From Phyllosticta citribraziliensis (taxonomy: Eukaryota), in contig NW_027117342.1 in NCBI RefSeq assembly GCF_038025025.1, forward strand, positions 558,001 through 622,000: a stretch of DNA of 64,000 nucleotides, given 5' to 3'. The translations under genes were made by a program, and so were the position numbers. This document shows positions 22,357 to 35,385 of this stretch, one piece after another (the first letter of the stretch is position 1; the number at the start of each line of letters is the position of its first letter). The notes under the pieces are model-generated. The model did not search any database. It saw only the letters and a list, made by a program, of their open reading frames with translations, and was not told the DNA's origin.

Positions 22357-23397
22357 TTATAAATGTCGGGCTCCATGGCCGGTTGGATGATGTCGGGAGA
22401 GTTCCTGTTGCTCGCGGGATGATTTGCGGCGGCAACTTTGCCGATGCATGCGCGAAGGATACCCGGCGATTGGCTCGCCTATCCTGCGCTTCTTTGATGG
22501 CGGAAGTAATTCTACCATGCGGTCATCGGAGCTTTCAATCGACTTTCCAGAAGAGCCGTGTTGTTTGTTGAGGAATTGCTCGAAACCAAAAGTGTCAATC
22601 AGTACGATAGTGGCGTAGAAAGGCCAAATGTTTGCCCTTGCAACTGGAAATTCAAAGAGCCCGCACTTGGAAATGTGCCTAACGAGGTCCGCAAGAGCCT
22701 TGGTAAGAGATGCGTCGTGTGAGGCCATCTCCTGAGCCCGCTGCAGTTCTCGACTCGCCAACTGCTCAAACGCTTTCTGCAAATCGTCAGCGTCGTCAAG
22801 AGACAATCGGCACTCTTACCCTGTAGAAAACGGGCAAAGCCACGAACTTGTAGCTCTGCCAGCGAATCATCATGTCGCAAGCGCATTTCCAGTCCTACCA
22901 GAGTGAGCAAAATTATTTTGACAGGGCAAACTTACCTTCAAAAGACTACACAGAGCTTTGTGTCTGTCAATAAAGGAGAAATGTCGATCTGGACTGACAC
23001 GATTGGTGTGATCGTAGCTGGACGTGAAGCCTTCTCGGTACAGCTTCTTCATGGCTTGCTAAACGCCGTTGAGGAATCAGCTACCTAAAAAAACGTCAAG
23101 TCGACATACCAAGGCTTCCCAGGCAATCGCCTCTAGCAATTTATCCGAAGTTTGATGCGAGAGGACATCGGGCTCCTTTAGGATGCCACATTGTCGGTAG
23201 CTCATGGGAATTCCCCTCCAAAAAGGACCAGGGTCGATCATGGCTTCGTAGATTTCCTTGACAAGGTACTTCTCCTGCTCGAGTGTGTGCGGAAAGTAGG
23301 GGTCGTTGCTGCCAAGGGGCGTCGTCCACAAGGGAGCATTCATATGGCGTCGCGCTTCATGAGGACCATCGAAAAAGCCATGGAAGGCGTGCGGCAT
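22357..23397 (-). CDS. Hypothetical protein, 3 predicted introns
   Basis: MPHAFHG...EAIAWEAL | QAMKKLYREG...ALCSLLK | DWKCACDMM...PVFYR | KAFEQLASRE joined in frame by GTATGT/GTAAGT/GTAAGA...AG introns; start and end uncertain. Confidence 0.55.
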
Positions 23398-24393
23398 CCT
23401 GCAGTTTGCTCTTGGACTGGAGTAAGAGAAGTTTACATGAATATCTGGGAAATCAAAAGGCAAATTGCAGACGAAAGACCCAAACGGAGATGGACGATAT
23501 GCAAAATTCCATCAGGAGACAGTGAATGTGAGCGTTGGATAATCAGAATCTTCTATTGCCATCTCTCGCCATCTTTTGGGACCAGAAAGTGTGGCCACAA
23601 TCATCTAGTCCAGGCATAAAGCAGCACTGCACATCCAGATCCAGTCCATTGGCCAGGAATGAACATCCCAAAAAACGCGAGTAAGATACGCTCCGATGTG
23701 CATGAAGTGAGAGGTGTTGGTTGGAAGACAACGAGTGACGTCCCGAAAAGCTCACACACTATCCCCAATCGAGCCGAGCCGCATGTACTCTCCCGTTCGC
23801 CAACGCGTCAGCTCAATGCTGCATCTCCTCAAGGTCTTCCTGGAAGCTGTTTGTCGACTCGATTTCCACGGCGAATCTGACCTGCTGCTTTCTTTTGTCG
23901 GAAAATTCGAGTCAGCCTCCACAAGCAGCGCGCCATTCAGAACCAACCGCCTCGGCCTGAGAACGACTCTTGAAACCCCAGCTGAATGCGAATCAGCTTC
24001 CGGCCCCGCGAACCGACCAGAGGCTTCGTTCTCCGAGGTGGTCAAAGAAGAGCTGAAGATGCCAGAATCCGTCGACATGGTTGCACAGGACACTGTTCCT
24101 GAAGCACGGCTTATCTGAGTCCGCCGCTCTGCTGCAAAATGTCTTGAGCGGCCCGTCGGATGCTTCCCAGATGCATACAGCCAATCTATTCACGGGTGCG
24201 TCGGGCTGAGATCCTGACTGCTGCTCTTCCATTGCTGGACCAAGCATGTATCCCACACCCCTGAAATTACCACCACTCTCAGCTCCCCATGGGACAGGTA
24301 TAAGAAACGACCGCGTGTCGTTGCCGTCTGTTCAGCAAGCGACTTTTTCTCCTCGTCGACTTCGCTCGCTCATTTGGTCAACAATCCCTCACG

Positions 24394-24729
24394 ATGCGCT
24401 TTCAAATCTCACTCGTTGCGCTCTTTGCGTCCACGGCACTTGGCATCGCGTTGCCTGCTCCTCTTCCTCCTCAAATTGGCGACCTCACGCCCCTCGGTGG
24501 TCTTCCATCTTTGCCATCTACTCCTCTTGCTGGCACTCCAAATGCAGGTGGACCAGCTCCATCGACACCTCAATCCGGCCCAGAAGCCACGTTTCCGACT
24601 CTAAACGTCGACTCAGTATCTGGCGGCCTTTCCCCACCCGCCCCCTCGGGAACCGGCACCGGACCCCCAAACCCAACCGGCTGGACCATGGTATCGAAGC
24701 GGAGCAAGCCCATTCGGAGGGCTATGTGA
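24394..24729 (+). CDS. Small secreted Pro/Gly/Thr-rich protein (111 aa)
   Basis: Signal peptide MRFQISLVALFASTALG followed by a low-complexity P/G/T region. Confidence 0.6.
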   Translation: MRFQISLVALFASTALGIALPAPLPPQIGDLTPLGGLPSLPSTPLAGTPNAGGPAPSTPQSGPEATFPTLNVDSVSGGLSPPAPSGTGTGPPNPTGWTMVSKRSKPIRRAM

Positions 24730-26385
24730 TGCGGAAACGAATGAGAGACAGGGAAACTTCTTGCTCGGTCTTGAATTGGCAATTGTGGCTTGGAACACGC
24801 TTTACATCTTCGCTTCGATTCCCCTTCTTGTACTTGCTTTGTCGGATCTGTTTGGCGTGTATTTGCAAGGAAAATTCTGGCATTTGACTCGCTGCTCGCT
24901 CATCGTCAGCCGATTGTAGATTGAATCCAGGTGCCAAATCAAACCGCTGCCCCTTCAAAGACAGATATTTTTCTCCAAACGTCGTGGCGCTGTGATCTGT
25001 TCTGCTCGAGCATTGCGCCTCCATCGGCGCATTTCTTTTTCGCAGCTTTCCTGTTCCTGAAACATGCAGCGTGGGGAGTAGGTCGGTTTGCACCTCGCCA
25101 ACGCGTCTTGCTTGCTTTTTTGCACCTTAATTTGACCCACCTGTCTCTATTTCTGAGGCTGGTGTCTCTCCTTTTTGTCAGGTTTAGATGACGTCGACGT
25201 CTCCTTTCCAGCTCTTGTCCTCAGCAGATGAGTGGACGATCAGTCGTCGCTGGAATAAACTACTTGTGGCGTTGGAAATCGGCGCTCCTGAATCCTTCGG
25301 CGAGCTTTGCGCCAGTCAGAGTTGGGAGTGCTGTGGGGGCTGTTGGCACATTTTGTGGCGTGGCGCCGCGCGTGATGATATTGCTTGTTCGTTTTGAAGA
25401 TGTGCTGGAGAGGAAAGAGTCTGGACATCAGAATGATGAACGATGACCAGTGCAACAGATTGCAACCAATGAGTCTCGAAGAGATGAAAAACCCAGCTGT
25501 TTACTAATCATTCGCCACCATGTCTCATAGTTCATCACTCATGAGCAATGTCCTCGGACATGACGGATTTTGCAGCATCCGCAGACAGGTTTTCTGCTCG
25601 CTGCAACGACGCACAAGGAGTCAGATAGGCAGACTTTGATTCCTAGCCAGCGGTTGCGTGGCCTGCTGGACACCTCGGAGACTGGACCACCGCTTTGGGA
25701 ATCCTCGCCGCTGGTTCCATCTCTTGCGGTCGACATGGCCTGATGCAAGATAAGTAGGACAGCAGCTCTCCGCACGTTCAAGCAGTCGACCCGGTGCATG
25801 TGAAAAGGCTGAACAATGCCAACGTCTCGCGTCGTACATTGCGTGGCGAAGCGTCACTTTGGTCCGCAGTCCCGCATCAAACACCGGACAGACAAACAAC
25901 AACTCCGGTCAACCGGCACGAAACACGCCCTTCCCGGACCCACAACCTCAGGCGAAGGAATTGACAATCGAGTAGTAGCAGCTCATCAGCCAGCTGTGCT
26001 TACTGTAGTTTCGTGTTCTGCAAGTGAGGAAAACAGGTGCAGCCCGTCATTCAACCGACGGGGCGAGAGGCAAGCAAACAGTCCAAGAACGCCTCGTCCA
26101 GTGGACCGACAACCTCGTCCACTGAGAAGCAACCAATTACTTCGTCATGGTGTCACGGACCGGCCCGTAGAAGTATTGATCAAAGGATTGCATGTGCGCT
26201 GCGTCCGCCCCCTGCTTAGTCTCTGCTGTGCCGCATGCACGCGCACCCTCGCCATGATGCGTGCGGGGCTCGAGGTCCGGGGTAGACGAGCGTGGTGCGC
26301 GCGTCGACGACGAAGAGATAGAACAGAGAGGGGTTAAAAGCAGTAGAGGAGGCTGTAGCATTGGTGTTGGAAGGCATCGTCCAAA

Positions 26386-28213
26386 ATGGTTCTGAATATT
26401 CCACCTTGGCTCGTGGGCGCCTTTGTCGGCCACCTGTCGCACGTCTTGGTCCAGCCCTACGAGATCGATCTGCGCCTGTGGCACGTCCTTGGATGCTTTG
26501 TTGCTTCTTCTGCTGCCATCTACTATGCCGACATCACTCTTTTGGCGGCGAGCCCTGCCGATGCGTTGCGCGACCTAGCCGTTGGAATCGCCAGCTTCCT
26601 GGCTAGCCTGACCACTTCGATTGTTCTGTATCGAGCATTTTTCCATCGTCTGCGCAAGATTCCTGGACCCTTTGCGGCCCGCATCTCCAACTGGTGGATT
26701 GTGTCCCGAATCGCCAAGACGCAGCAGATGCAAATTGAACTTCAGAATCTGCATCGCCAGTATGGAGATTATGTCCGGACAGGTGCGTTGCGTCTTGATG
26801 TTGATGATCGAGGCTAATTTGAAGGCCCTCGCGATCTGTCCATTGCCGATGCATCGGCGCTGCCAATTGTCTCGACGCTCCCCAAGTCCATCTTTTATTC
26901 GCTGTCATATCATGACCACAATAAAGTCGGCACGGCCATGACGCGTGATCTCCCGGACCACAAGCTGCGAAGAAAGGGGTGGGATCTTGCAGTCAATGGA
27001 AAAGGTATGCTGCAGTCCAGTCTGACCATCTGCCTCTGACATTTGTATCAAGCCCTCGCGAGCTACGACGACCGAGTCCAGCAGACGACAGGCGAACTCA
27101 TCGACCAACTGGCCCGACACCAAGGTAAACCTGTCGACGCCACTCAATGGTTTTCGTACTTTGCGTACGACATCATGGGCCGAGTAGGATACAGCCGCGA
27201 CTTTGGACAGCTGCTCGACGGCGCCGAGCACGACGCGGTCGAGGGTTTGCGCAAGTCTCAGGCCATCTTCGGCACGCTGAAGCCGGTCCCGTGGGTTCTC
27301 AACTTTTTGATGGCGATTCCCGGCGCGACGGGCGAGTTTGGCAGATATGCTGCCTGGTGCCGCAACCTGGTCGAGGAAAAGAGAGAGATCTTGAAAGCCG
27401 AGTCAAAGGCCCAGCCAAACGACATTCTGTCGCACTTTCTCAAGGCCAAGGAAGAAGGGGCGCGGTACGGATCCAAGACGAACGAGGCACTGGGCGAAGA
27501 ATCGCGCGCCATTGTCGTAGCCGGAGCGTGAGTGCTCCCTCCACTTTTCGAACACTACTGACAGTTCAGTGATACGACCTCGATCACCCTGACCAACGCC
27601 TTCTACTACATGTCGCTCGACCCCGAGCCGTATCGCAAGCTGCAGACCATTCTGGACGAAATCTTCCCCGGTGGACCCGCCACGTTCGATTACGACAAGG
27701 TCAGAGACATTCCACTGCTCGAGGGCATCATCAACGAGTCGATGCGCCTCAAGCCGCCCGTACCCAGCGGAAACCCGCGCGAGACGCCGCCGCGCGGCAT
27801 CCAGATTGGCGACAGGTGGATTCCCGGCAACGTCAACATTGTGATTCCGCAGTGGGTCGTCCAGCGCGACGAACGCTACTTTGAGCAAGCCGACCAATTC
27901 ATTCCCGAGCGGTGGATTCCCGGCGGCGACAAGGCGTGGATGGTCAAGGAAAAGAATGCCTTTTTTCCCATGTATGTTGGTAAGTGGCTCCTCGCCCCTG
28001 AATCGGTGCACCCGTTGATTGTCAGGCATGTACCACTGCGCAGGAAAGCAGCTGGCGCTGTGGGAGATGCGATCCGTCATTTCTCGAGTCGCGCTGCAGT
28101 TTGACATTGGTCTTGCGCCCGGCGAGGACGGCCGCGAGTTTGACGAAAAGGCATTGGACACGTTTACCATGGCGTTGCCTCCTCTTCAAATGTGCTTCAA
28201 GGAGAGGGTTTAA
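26386..28213 (+). CDS. Cytochrome P450 monooxygenase (secondary-metabolism/xenobiotic type), 4 introns
   Basis: TM anchor, KIPGP, YVRTGPR, I-helix VAGADTT (intron 27528-27569), ESMR, FIPERW and heme loop PMYVGMYHCAGKQLA. Confidence 0.93.
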
Positions 28214-28464
28214 GAGACACGCACAGCGCAATCGAAATTGAACATGAACATTGATCGTAGATGTCGCTAGTAAGCGAAGGGTATAAACTGGTCCTCTCCT
28301 CCACCCCCAGCCGTCGAAGGCCTGAACTCTCGTGCTCGGTCTGTTCCGGCATTCCCTGGCTTCCGGTCGCTGGGATTGCGCGTCGCGGCGCTTGGCTCTG
28401 GCTGCGGCCTGCTGACCGCAAAGATATAACTCAAGAATTGTTGACTCATCCCAGACTGCTGCAT

Positions 28465-29145
28465 TCATCCCAACGTCCCCAGAGTGCGGCCGTTTCCTTT
28501 GATTTCCTGGCGCTCGCGCGGCCTTGGCGGTGCTCGCGAACTTGAACTCGATGAAGGGGCCGATTGGTGCGAGTGGGAGCTGCGTGACGACGTGTTGGAA
28601 ACTATGCTGTCGGCGCGGGTCGGGACAGATGAGGAGAGAGGTTGGTCGCGTTTGAGCTCCGGGACATCGTCGTCCTCGGCCGACCCATGTAGCTCGGGAA
28701 AGTGTCGCTTGGTCGACAACGAATCGGAAAACTCTATCCAGCGGACAATCTTGGTCCCAGTCTCGTTGAAATGCAGACTCCAAACGTAGTCGTTGGTGTA
28801 TTTGCCTGCAATGGTTTGGCCGTCGGCGTGAAGCCAGATGCAAATCTTGCGGGCGGGCAGGTCCTCGACCATCTCGAAAATGGTCAGGTCGAGCGAGCGA
28901 AAGACGTTTCGGAACATGTTCAGGACGTTTCGCATGCCCTCATCGTCTTGCGTTTTTGCGCCCAGGATGCGGGGGTAAATCTCTCTCGGGGCATTGCGTT
29001 CGCGCAAGTCAAAGACGGTGCGCGTGTCGAAGCGCTTGATGGCGTCGACAACGGCCAGGGCGGTCTGGCGCTGCTTGGACATTTGCCCCATTTCGTCGCA
29101 ACCAGAGGGTTTGAAGATGGACGAAATGCTAAAGGGCGGAGGCAT
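28465..29145 (-). CDS. NTF2/SnoaL-like protein (AusH/Trt14-like fold) with Ser-rich tail
   Basis: RQTALAVVDA...VEDLPARKICIWLHADGQTIAGKYTNDYVWSLHFNETGTKIVRWIEFSDS matches the fungal NTF2-like tailoring-enzyme pattern; start 29145 or 29082. Confidence 0.8.
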   Translation of the reverse strand: MPPPFSISSIFKPSGCDEMGQMSKQRQTALAVVDAIKRFDTRTVFDLRERNAPREIYPRILGAKTQDDEGMRNVLNMFRNVFRSLDLTIFEMVEDLPARKICIWLHADGQTIAGKYTNDYVWSLHFNETGTKIVRWIEFSDSLSTKRHFPELHGSAEDDDVPELKRDQPLSSSVPTRADSIVSNTSSRSSHSHQSAPSSSSSSRAPPRPRERQEIKGNGRTLGTLG

Positions 29146-31230
29146 GGGTTTTATCGTGACGGTCAGACGGATACGGTGAGAGGTCGGTGGGTCTTCAATG
29201 CTGCGGGGGCGAGACGGGCGCGGGCGGACTTGGCGGATGGACTCGAGCTTTAATGAGACTTGCGACGAACGATTTTGCAAACCAAAAGAGGGGATAGCCG
29301 TTATTAAGTCGAATAGAACTCTACCCAGTGTCAACGGCGACGCTAAGATCGGTCAAGGAGACGAGACGGCAGCCACCGAGTCGCCGACGGCGTTAATCAT
29401 CAGGCCGACAACCTCACAGACGTGGGAAAATCTTTGCCAGGCCTCACCGCTGCAAGTCGTCGTCGTGGTTGACTCTGACGCGAAACACCCCCGGGTCGCA
29501 AGGGAACGGCATCCCCTGACCTTTTTCTGGCATCACCCCTGGAGGCCGTCGCCATGAGACCACGGGCCGCCATCACCAGTTTGCATCTCGGTTTGCATCC
29601 GCCGAGAGCTTGAAGAACAAGAGAATCGGAGCCTGGTCCGGGAACGAGTCAGGTGAACGTGCTCCACGGGCCAATTTCACCCTCTCGCGCCCCCTACCTC
29701 TTCCTCCAGCTGGATACGGATGCGAACTGCTGCGCGATGATGCACGAAGCAACAAAAAAAGGTTGTACCCGCTAATGGAATCCTTTCGGAACAAAATCTC
29801 GTCACCGAAGATCTGTCGACCCACTCGACCGAGGCAGGGACACGAACATGACGTAGGCACCGTTTGGACCACTTGCAACACCTACGACAGCCGCAGTGTC
29901 GCATGAACATACTGCCTGGATCAGTGGACGAAGCCGTCGTTTTAGCAGGAATCACCGTTGCGGAAATGGATGCTCCTTAGGTACAGCACAACCCTGGATA
30001 TCATTGGACACCACTGGCCATATCCAACAGTCAAGAGCATCGTCAGTGGTGATAGTGGCCCCAAGTAGCTTGGCGTCATGGAGCTGGGACTTGATAAAGC
30101 ACCTTGTTCGCTTCGACCTTCGTTCCCGGAATGACTCGCTCTCCTCAAAAAAGATGGATTTTCTGCACTCAAGCGGGTCGTAGATCCGCGTTGCTAAGGT
30201 TGCTCCCGTTGTCGTTTCAGCCCAGGAGATGCTTGGCCGTCCAAGCGGTTCGAAGTGCTCTTCGCAAAGGCCCTCGGTCGAAGATGTTTGCATGATGGCG
30301 CTTATGGCGCTTTTCGGGGCCATTATTGCAAAGTGGCTTTGCTCATTCTTCATGGCGTCGCTGCCAACACGATCAGCGCTCGGCGTGAACCGTCGACCCC
30401 ACTCTCATTGCTACCCTATCACCAGAATTCGGCTGCATTGCGAGGTGTTGTTGGCCGTTGGCGTCTCTTGGTCATGAGACGGACCTGAAATGCTTCTGAA
30501 CCCTGCATTTCACCTGGGAGTGTTTGATTTGGACTGGCAGTCTTCAGCACACGACCACGTAACGTTTCTCGCTAGCTAGTCAGTGGCATCGAACAGTATC
30601 CACAATCTTCGGAATTGACTCGCCATTGATAGTGTCGCAATCCGAAAAGACAGTAGCCGGTTTTGATTGCCGCGCGGAAAGCAGCGTTGGCGGATTGGTT
30701 CCGCATGCTTCGGATAGTTCCTTGTTTGAATGACGGGAGAGCTTCAAGTCACTGCATTCTCAGAATAGGAGGTCTCAGGTTCACGCTCTGGCTCTTGCTT
30801 GCCAACCTAGATTGAAGGCCATTCGCCTGTGTCGTGTCGCGTTGTGTCATGTCTAGTCAAGTCAGTGATTGGTGTTGAAGCACTCAATTCAGGGGTGAGC
30901 TCGTCTCCTGTAGCAAGAAATCAACTGGCATGTGGAAACAACACAGCAACCGTTTGAACGACTTGGGCAGCAACAGCTTCATCACCGAAGGTGCAAAGGA
31001 AAGGTACCCACTGTCATTAATTCAGGCAAACGCCTATCTACCCAGACTCCGGCGACTTCAATCACGCCCTGGTCCGTCGTCGAATGTTCCTAACGTGCCG
31101 ACGGCCAATAGCTGGGACCCAATCAACCCTGCTCTGTGTCCAAGAAGGGCAAATCAAAAGGTCAAGGGCACCGTAAAATTACCGTCGGCGTTGAGCACCG
31201 AGTTTGAATCATCGTACACTTCTCAGCTCG

Positions 31231-34200
31231 TCACCATTCGCCGGACTTGAGCTTCTTTGAGGGACTTGGGCCTCCCATTGGGCTTCCTGTGGGGTCATGT
31301 GGAGTTGAGGAAGCATTCCTTTTCGTGGGGCTCCGACAAGGACCTGACCAGGGAGTGGACGGCTCAGTGTCGATGGGGTCATCGGCGGAACTGTTGCAAC
31401 GGGTCGGGCCGTCCTCTTCCTGACTGCTCAAGGATAGTGGATTCATGGAATCCTTGCGTTCCACCTCTGGTTGCTGAAGATTGTCAAAGCCTTCCCATGT
31501 CGTCTCCCATTTCTTCATCTGGTCCTCGGAGCATGCCCTCAGTTCAGGCGACGCAACGTTGAGGCTGATGCAAGACTGGCATTTGATGAAGAATGTGGTG
31601 GCATTCTCACCGTAATCGAGAATCTCAAACTCGGGAAGGGAAAAGCCCAATAGGTTGACCTGCTCAAAATCAAGGCAGTTCTCGCAGTACGAGTCAGTGC
31701 AGAAACGGCACCTGTAAAGCAAGTCGCCAACTTCTGAAGACTTGCCGCGGCAACCACGACACCGGTGCTGTGGGCAAAAGTATTGTCCCCTGATGACCGA
31801 AGACTTTGCCGGATCTTCGTCCAAGCAATCGCGATGATACGAGCGCGGGCAGATGGAGCATTCAACCGTTGTTCCGTCCTGCCGGCAGACTTGACAGCAG
31901 CGTTGATGGCGGATCGAGACTTTCTTCTGGCGCTTTGGAGAGGACAGGCTTGGGTCTTTGCCTGCCATTGTAGGAACAGCCTCCCAATCACCACATTGCA
32001 AGCTTGCCTTGCTGACGAAAAAGCCGTCAATCTCGACGGTCGTGTTTTTACCCGTCCTTCGCTGAGTCCGGTCAAGTTCGAGTTGTACTGGCAGCTCAGT
32101 CGAACCATTTTCTCGCTCGATGCGTCTGCCGTCAAAGATGGCAGTCTCGACGTGCTCCATGGTGTTGAGCCAGCCCTCCTCATCGACTTCAGCCTCGGCG
32201 ATGGCGGGATCCATCGGTTTGCACTTGGCCAGAATTTGCTCAAAGTTCCAAGACGTCATGTCAGCAACATCGATGACGGGCGTAGTCAGAGTTTGCGCGC
32301 CACGGCGGAGCAGAGACTTGAGCTGTGTTGTGCCCAACTCGGGGCCTTCAGACACCGGCTCTGCAGGCTCGGCGTTGGTGTGCAGCGACTTCATCGACTC
32401 GGTTATCTTAGCCGAAAGGTAGAGCTTCTTTTCAATCCTGCCCATCATCTGCTTTTCGACCGTGCCCTGCGTGCAAAGCTTGTAGATTGTGACGGGACTC
32501 GTTTGACCAATGCGGTGGGCCCTCGCCTCGGCTTGCAGCGTCACTTGGGGGTTCCAATCTTGGTCCAGAAAAATCACTTCTGTTGCTGCCGTAAGGGTGA
32601 TGCCCAGGCTTCCAGCTCTCGTCGAAATCAGCATGACGCTGTATTCAGACTTTGGATCTTCGAAAAGGCGCACCATCAAGCTCCGCCGAGCTCTTCCGGA
32701 CTGGCCATCGATGCGCAAAGTCTTGAACTCATCGATCAATGTGATGAGATCCTCCGTCAGATCGAGCATTCCAGTAAAACCTGAGAATATGAGGACCTTT
32801 TTCTTGCGCACAAGGATGAGCTCGCAAAGGAGTTTTTCCAAGACGATGAATTTTCCAGACGACTGGATGACGTGAGAGCCGAGTTGGTACGGATCCGGCT
32901 CGACGTTTGGGAGAAGGTACGGGTGATTGCAGCACTTTCGGAGCTGCATGACCAAATTCATCAATCGACGGAAGTCGCTGTTGTTGTCTTTCTTTCCACT
33001 GGCTGTTGGGTTTGCTGCGCCAGAGGGAGGCGAGGCGGACGAGGGAGCGTTCAACTCCTGTGCAGCCTGCTCCTTTTCTTTTGTGCATGCAAAGACTTCA
33101 TTGAGGAACATGTCGCCCTGGTGGGTGATGAGCCGCATGTAGTACGCCCGCTGCATTGGCGTCAAGGGAACGTAGAGAAGGACTTCAGTCTTTGGCGGAA
33201 GTCCCAAATTGACTCCTTGGCTATCCTTGAGTCGTCGCAACATCACGACTTCAAGCAATCTTCGCGAGTTGTCCATTACGTTCAAGTCGGCAGAGCCTTT
33301 GGCGAGATTGAATGACTTCCGGAATAAGTCGCTCGTTTTGGAGGAGAAAACGTCAGGCAAAAGCCAGTGCAAAATCGACCACAGCTCGGCAAGGTCGTTT
33401 TGCAAAGGCGTTCCAGTCAGCATGAGGCGGTACTCCGCGCTGATAGATTGCAAATTTTTGGCAACCTGAGTCTTGCTGTTCTTGAGGGTGTGGCCTTCGT
33501 CCACGACGACGTAGCGCCACGCGAATGCCTTCTTGAACCAACCTTGTTCGGCAACGAAACTTTCGTAGGTTGTGACGACGAGCTTGTATTCCTCCTCTGC
33601 GTTGCCGCCAGGCTTTCGATCGTGGCCAGTCGCCATTCTTTTGAGACGTTGGCGCTCTGCCTTGTCGCCATGGAGACTCAGTACTTTGAGACGAGGCGTC
33701 CACTTTTTGGCCTCAGATACCCACGTGCCCAGAACGGTCAGCGGACAAACGACGAGGTAGGGTCTATTCTCAGCGTCTTCGGTCTTTTGATGCTCCTCGA
33801 TCCATTGAAAGAGCGACAAAGTCTGTAGGGTTTTGCCCAGACCCATCTCGTCTCCCAGGATGCTGTCTGGTGATTAGCAGAGCCGGTCAGTTGCAACAAA
33901 TACTTACCATGGCATGCCGTTGTGGTTCATGTGGACCAGAAACGACAGTCCGACCATTTGATGGGGTTTCAGAATGGCATTCACTCCAGCAGGTTGCTCC
34001 GTCAGCTCCACGTAGTCAATAATGCTGGATTGACTGTCAAGGTTTGCGATGTAGTTTTGCTCTGGCAAAAGCGGGAGGAAAATGTCTTGGAAACATTTCA
34101 GGAATCGGTCACGCTTCACCTTGGTGACCTTGGCAATTTCTTCGCGCACTTGCTTCCTGGCGGAAGGCGGCTTGACAGGTGAGCGCAAGGGGGATGACTG

Positions 34201-35121
34201 CAAGTCCGAGAAGAGTAGCGCTTGCGGCTGCTTGGGGGTGCGCCTGGGGGTGCTTTCAGGAAAAGTGAGTTTTTTCAGGGAATACGTCTTTGGCATGTTC
34301 CTCGACCTCCGGGAGCGTCGAAGACTGGGGCTGTCTGGGAGCGTTCCAGTGTCGCTTGCCGCTGAGTCATCGCCGTTCATACATGACAGGAGGTAACCAG
34401 GAGTTGATGGAGTTGCTGGGGGGTTTTTGATTGGCGTGCATGGCGTCTTCTCGGTATCTGCCTCTTCGTCGCTAGTGTCGACAATGACTGCCGACTCTTG
34501 CTTCACGTTGTGGTCGCTAGCGTTTTCACCTACCTCAGCATCGTCGACGAGGGGTGTCGGGGTTGCGGCTGCGGTCAACGCGCTCAGGTCGGAGTCTGTT
34601 TCGTCCACAAGGTAGATTGGTGACGAGTAACTCCTGCCAGCGAGTGGTTGTGGCCTCGAGTCATTCAGCAGTATGTGGTCAGCAGAGTCGGTCTCATCGT
34701 CGCTTGAGTCGATGGAAATCGGCGTCGAGCTTGTGCCGAGTGCTTGGTCAGTGGTCGAGGCCTCTTCCGTAGCGTGTGTACTGGAGAAATGGAGCGGAAT
34801 TTCCCAGCTATGGTTCATTGATGGTCCAGAAATGTGGTCGACTAGAGAAAAGGCTGGAGGCCGAGCCAAACGGCCTTGGTGAAATCGTGCAGCGTCCGAG
34901 TCCTCACTTTCAGTGGCCGAGGCGACGTAACGTTGTGTCAAAGGGCTGGACTGAGGTTTGAGAGGCGACAGTGAGGTTCTCTCACTAGATCCTCGAGCCT
35001 GGGTGGCTGCAGGAGGAGTTTGTCGAATCCCGAACGAGCCTACAAGCTCAGCGTATGAACTGGGCTTGCGCTTCGTGGGTGACGTGATATGCGGGCCATT
35101 GGCCGGTGGTAAAGAGCCCAT
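31231..35121 (-). CDS. SNF2-family chromatin-remodelling ATPase with C-terminal PHD/Cys-His zinc fingers, 1 intron
   Basis: After splicing (~33908-33865): ILGDEMGLGKT, DEGH, TGTPLQN, QLRKCCNHPYL, SGK, DQDWNPQ, QAEARAHRIGQ; then CQVC...CSICPRSYHRDC...CPQHRCRGC...CRFC..SYCENC. Confidence 0.93.
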
Positions 35122-35385
35122 GGTGAATGAAAACTCCCTCGCCCAAGTCTGGTGCCAACAGGCTCAAGCGTGGATGCGGAAGGTGGTGCAAGAGGACGGA
35201 GTGGTTGTGGGTTGAATTATAAAGGGCCGGCCGGAGCCAGCGGTGGGAGACGCGTCTGACGCGTTTGGTTGGCCGTTGCCCCGCGGTCCGTGCGGCCAAG
35301 CATGACCTCCGCTGCCTAAGGCCGGTCACGTTCAACATCGTCACTCACCTCCGACATTCCCTCGCGCCACGGCAATGCCAGCATC

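Noticed and set aside
23752..24256. Minus-strand ORFs upstream of the hypothetical gene ending at 23397
   Set aside because: No clear splice path or motif links them to the downstream exons, so they are unsupported.
29952..30353. 133-aa minus-strand ORF in the NTF2-SNF2 intergenic gap
   Set aside because: No recognisable domain or codon bias, so not called as a gene; only the embedded motif copy is reported.
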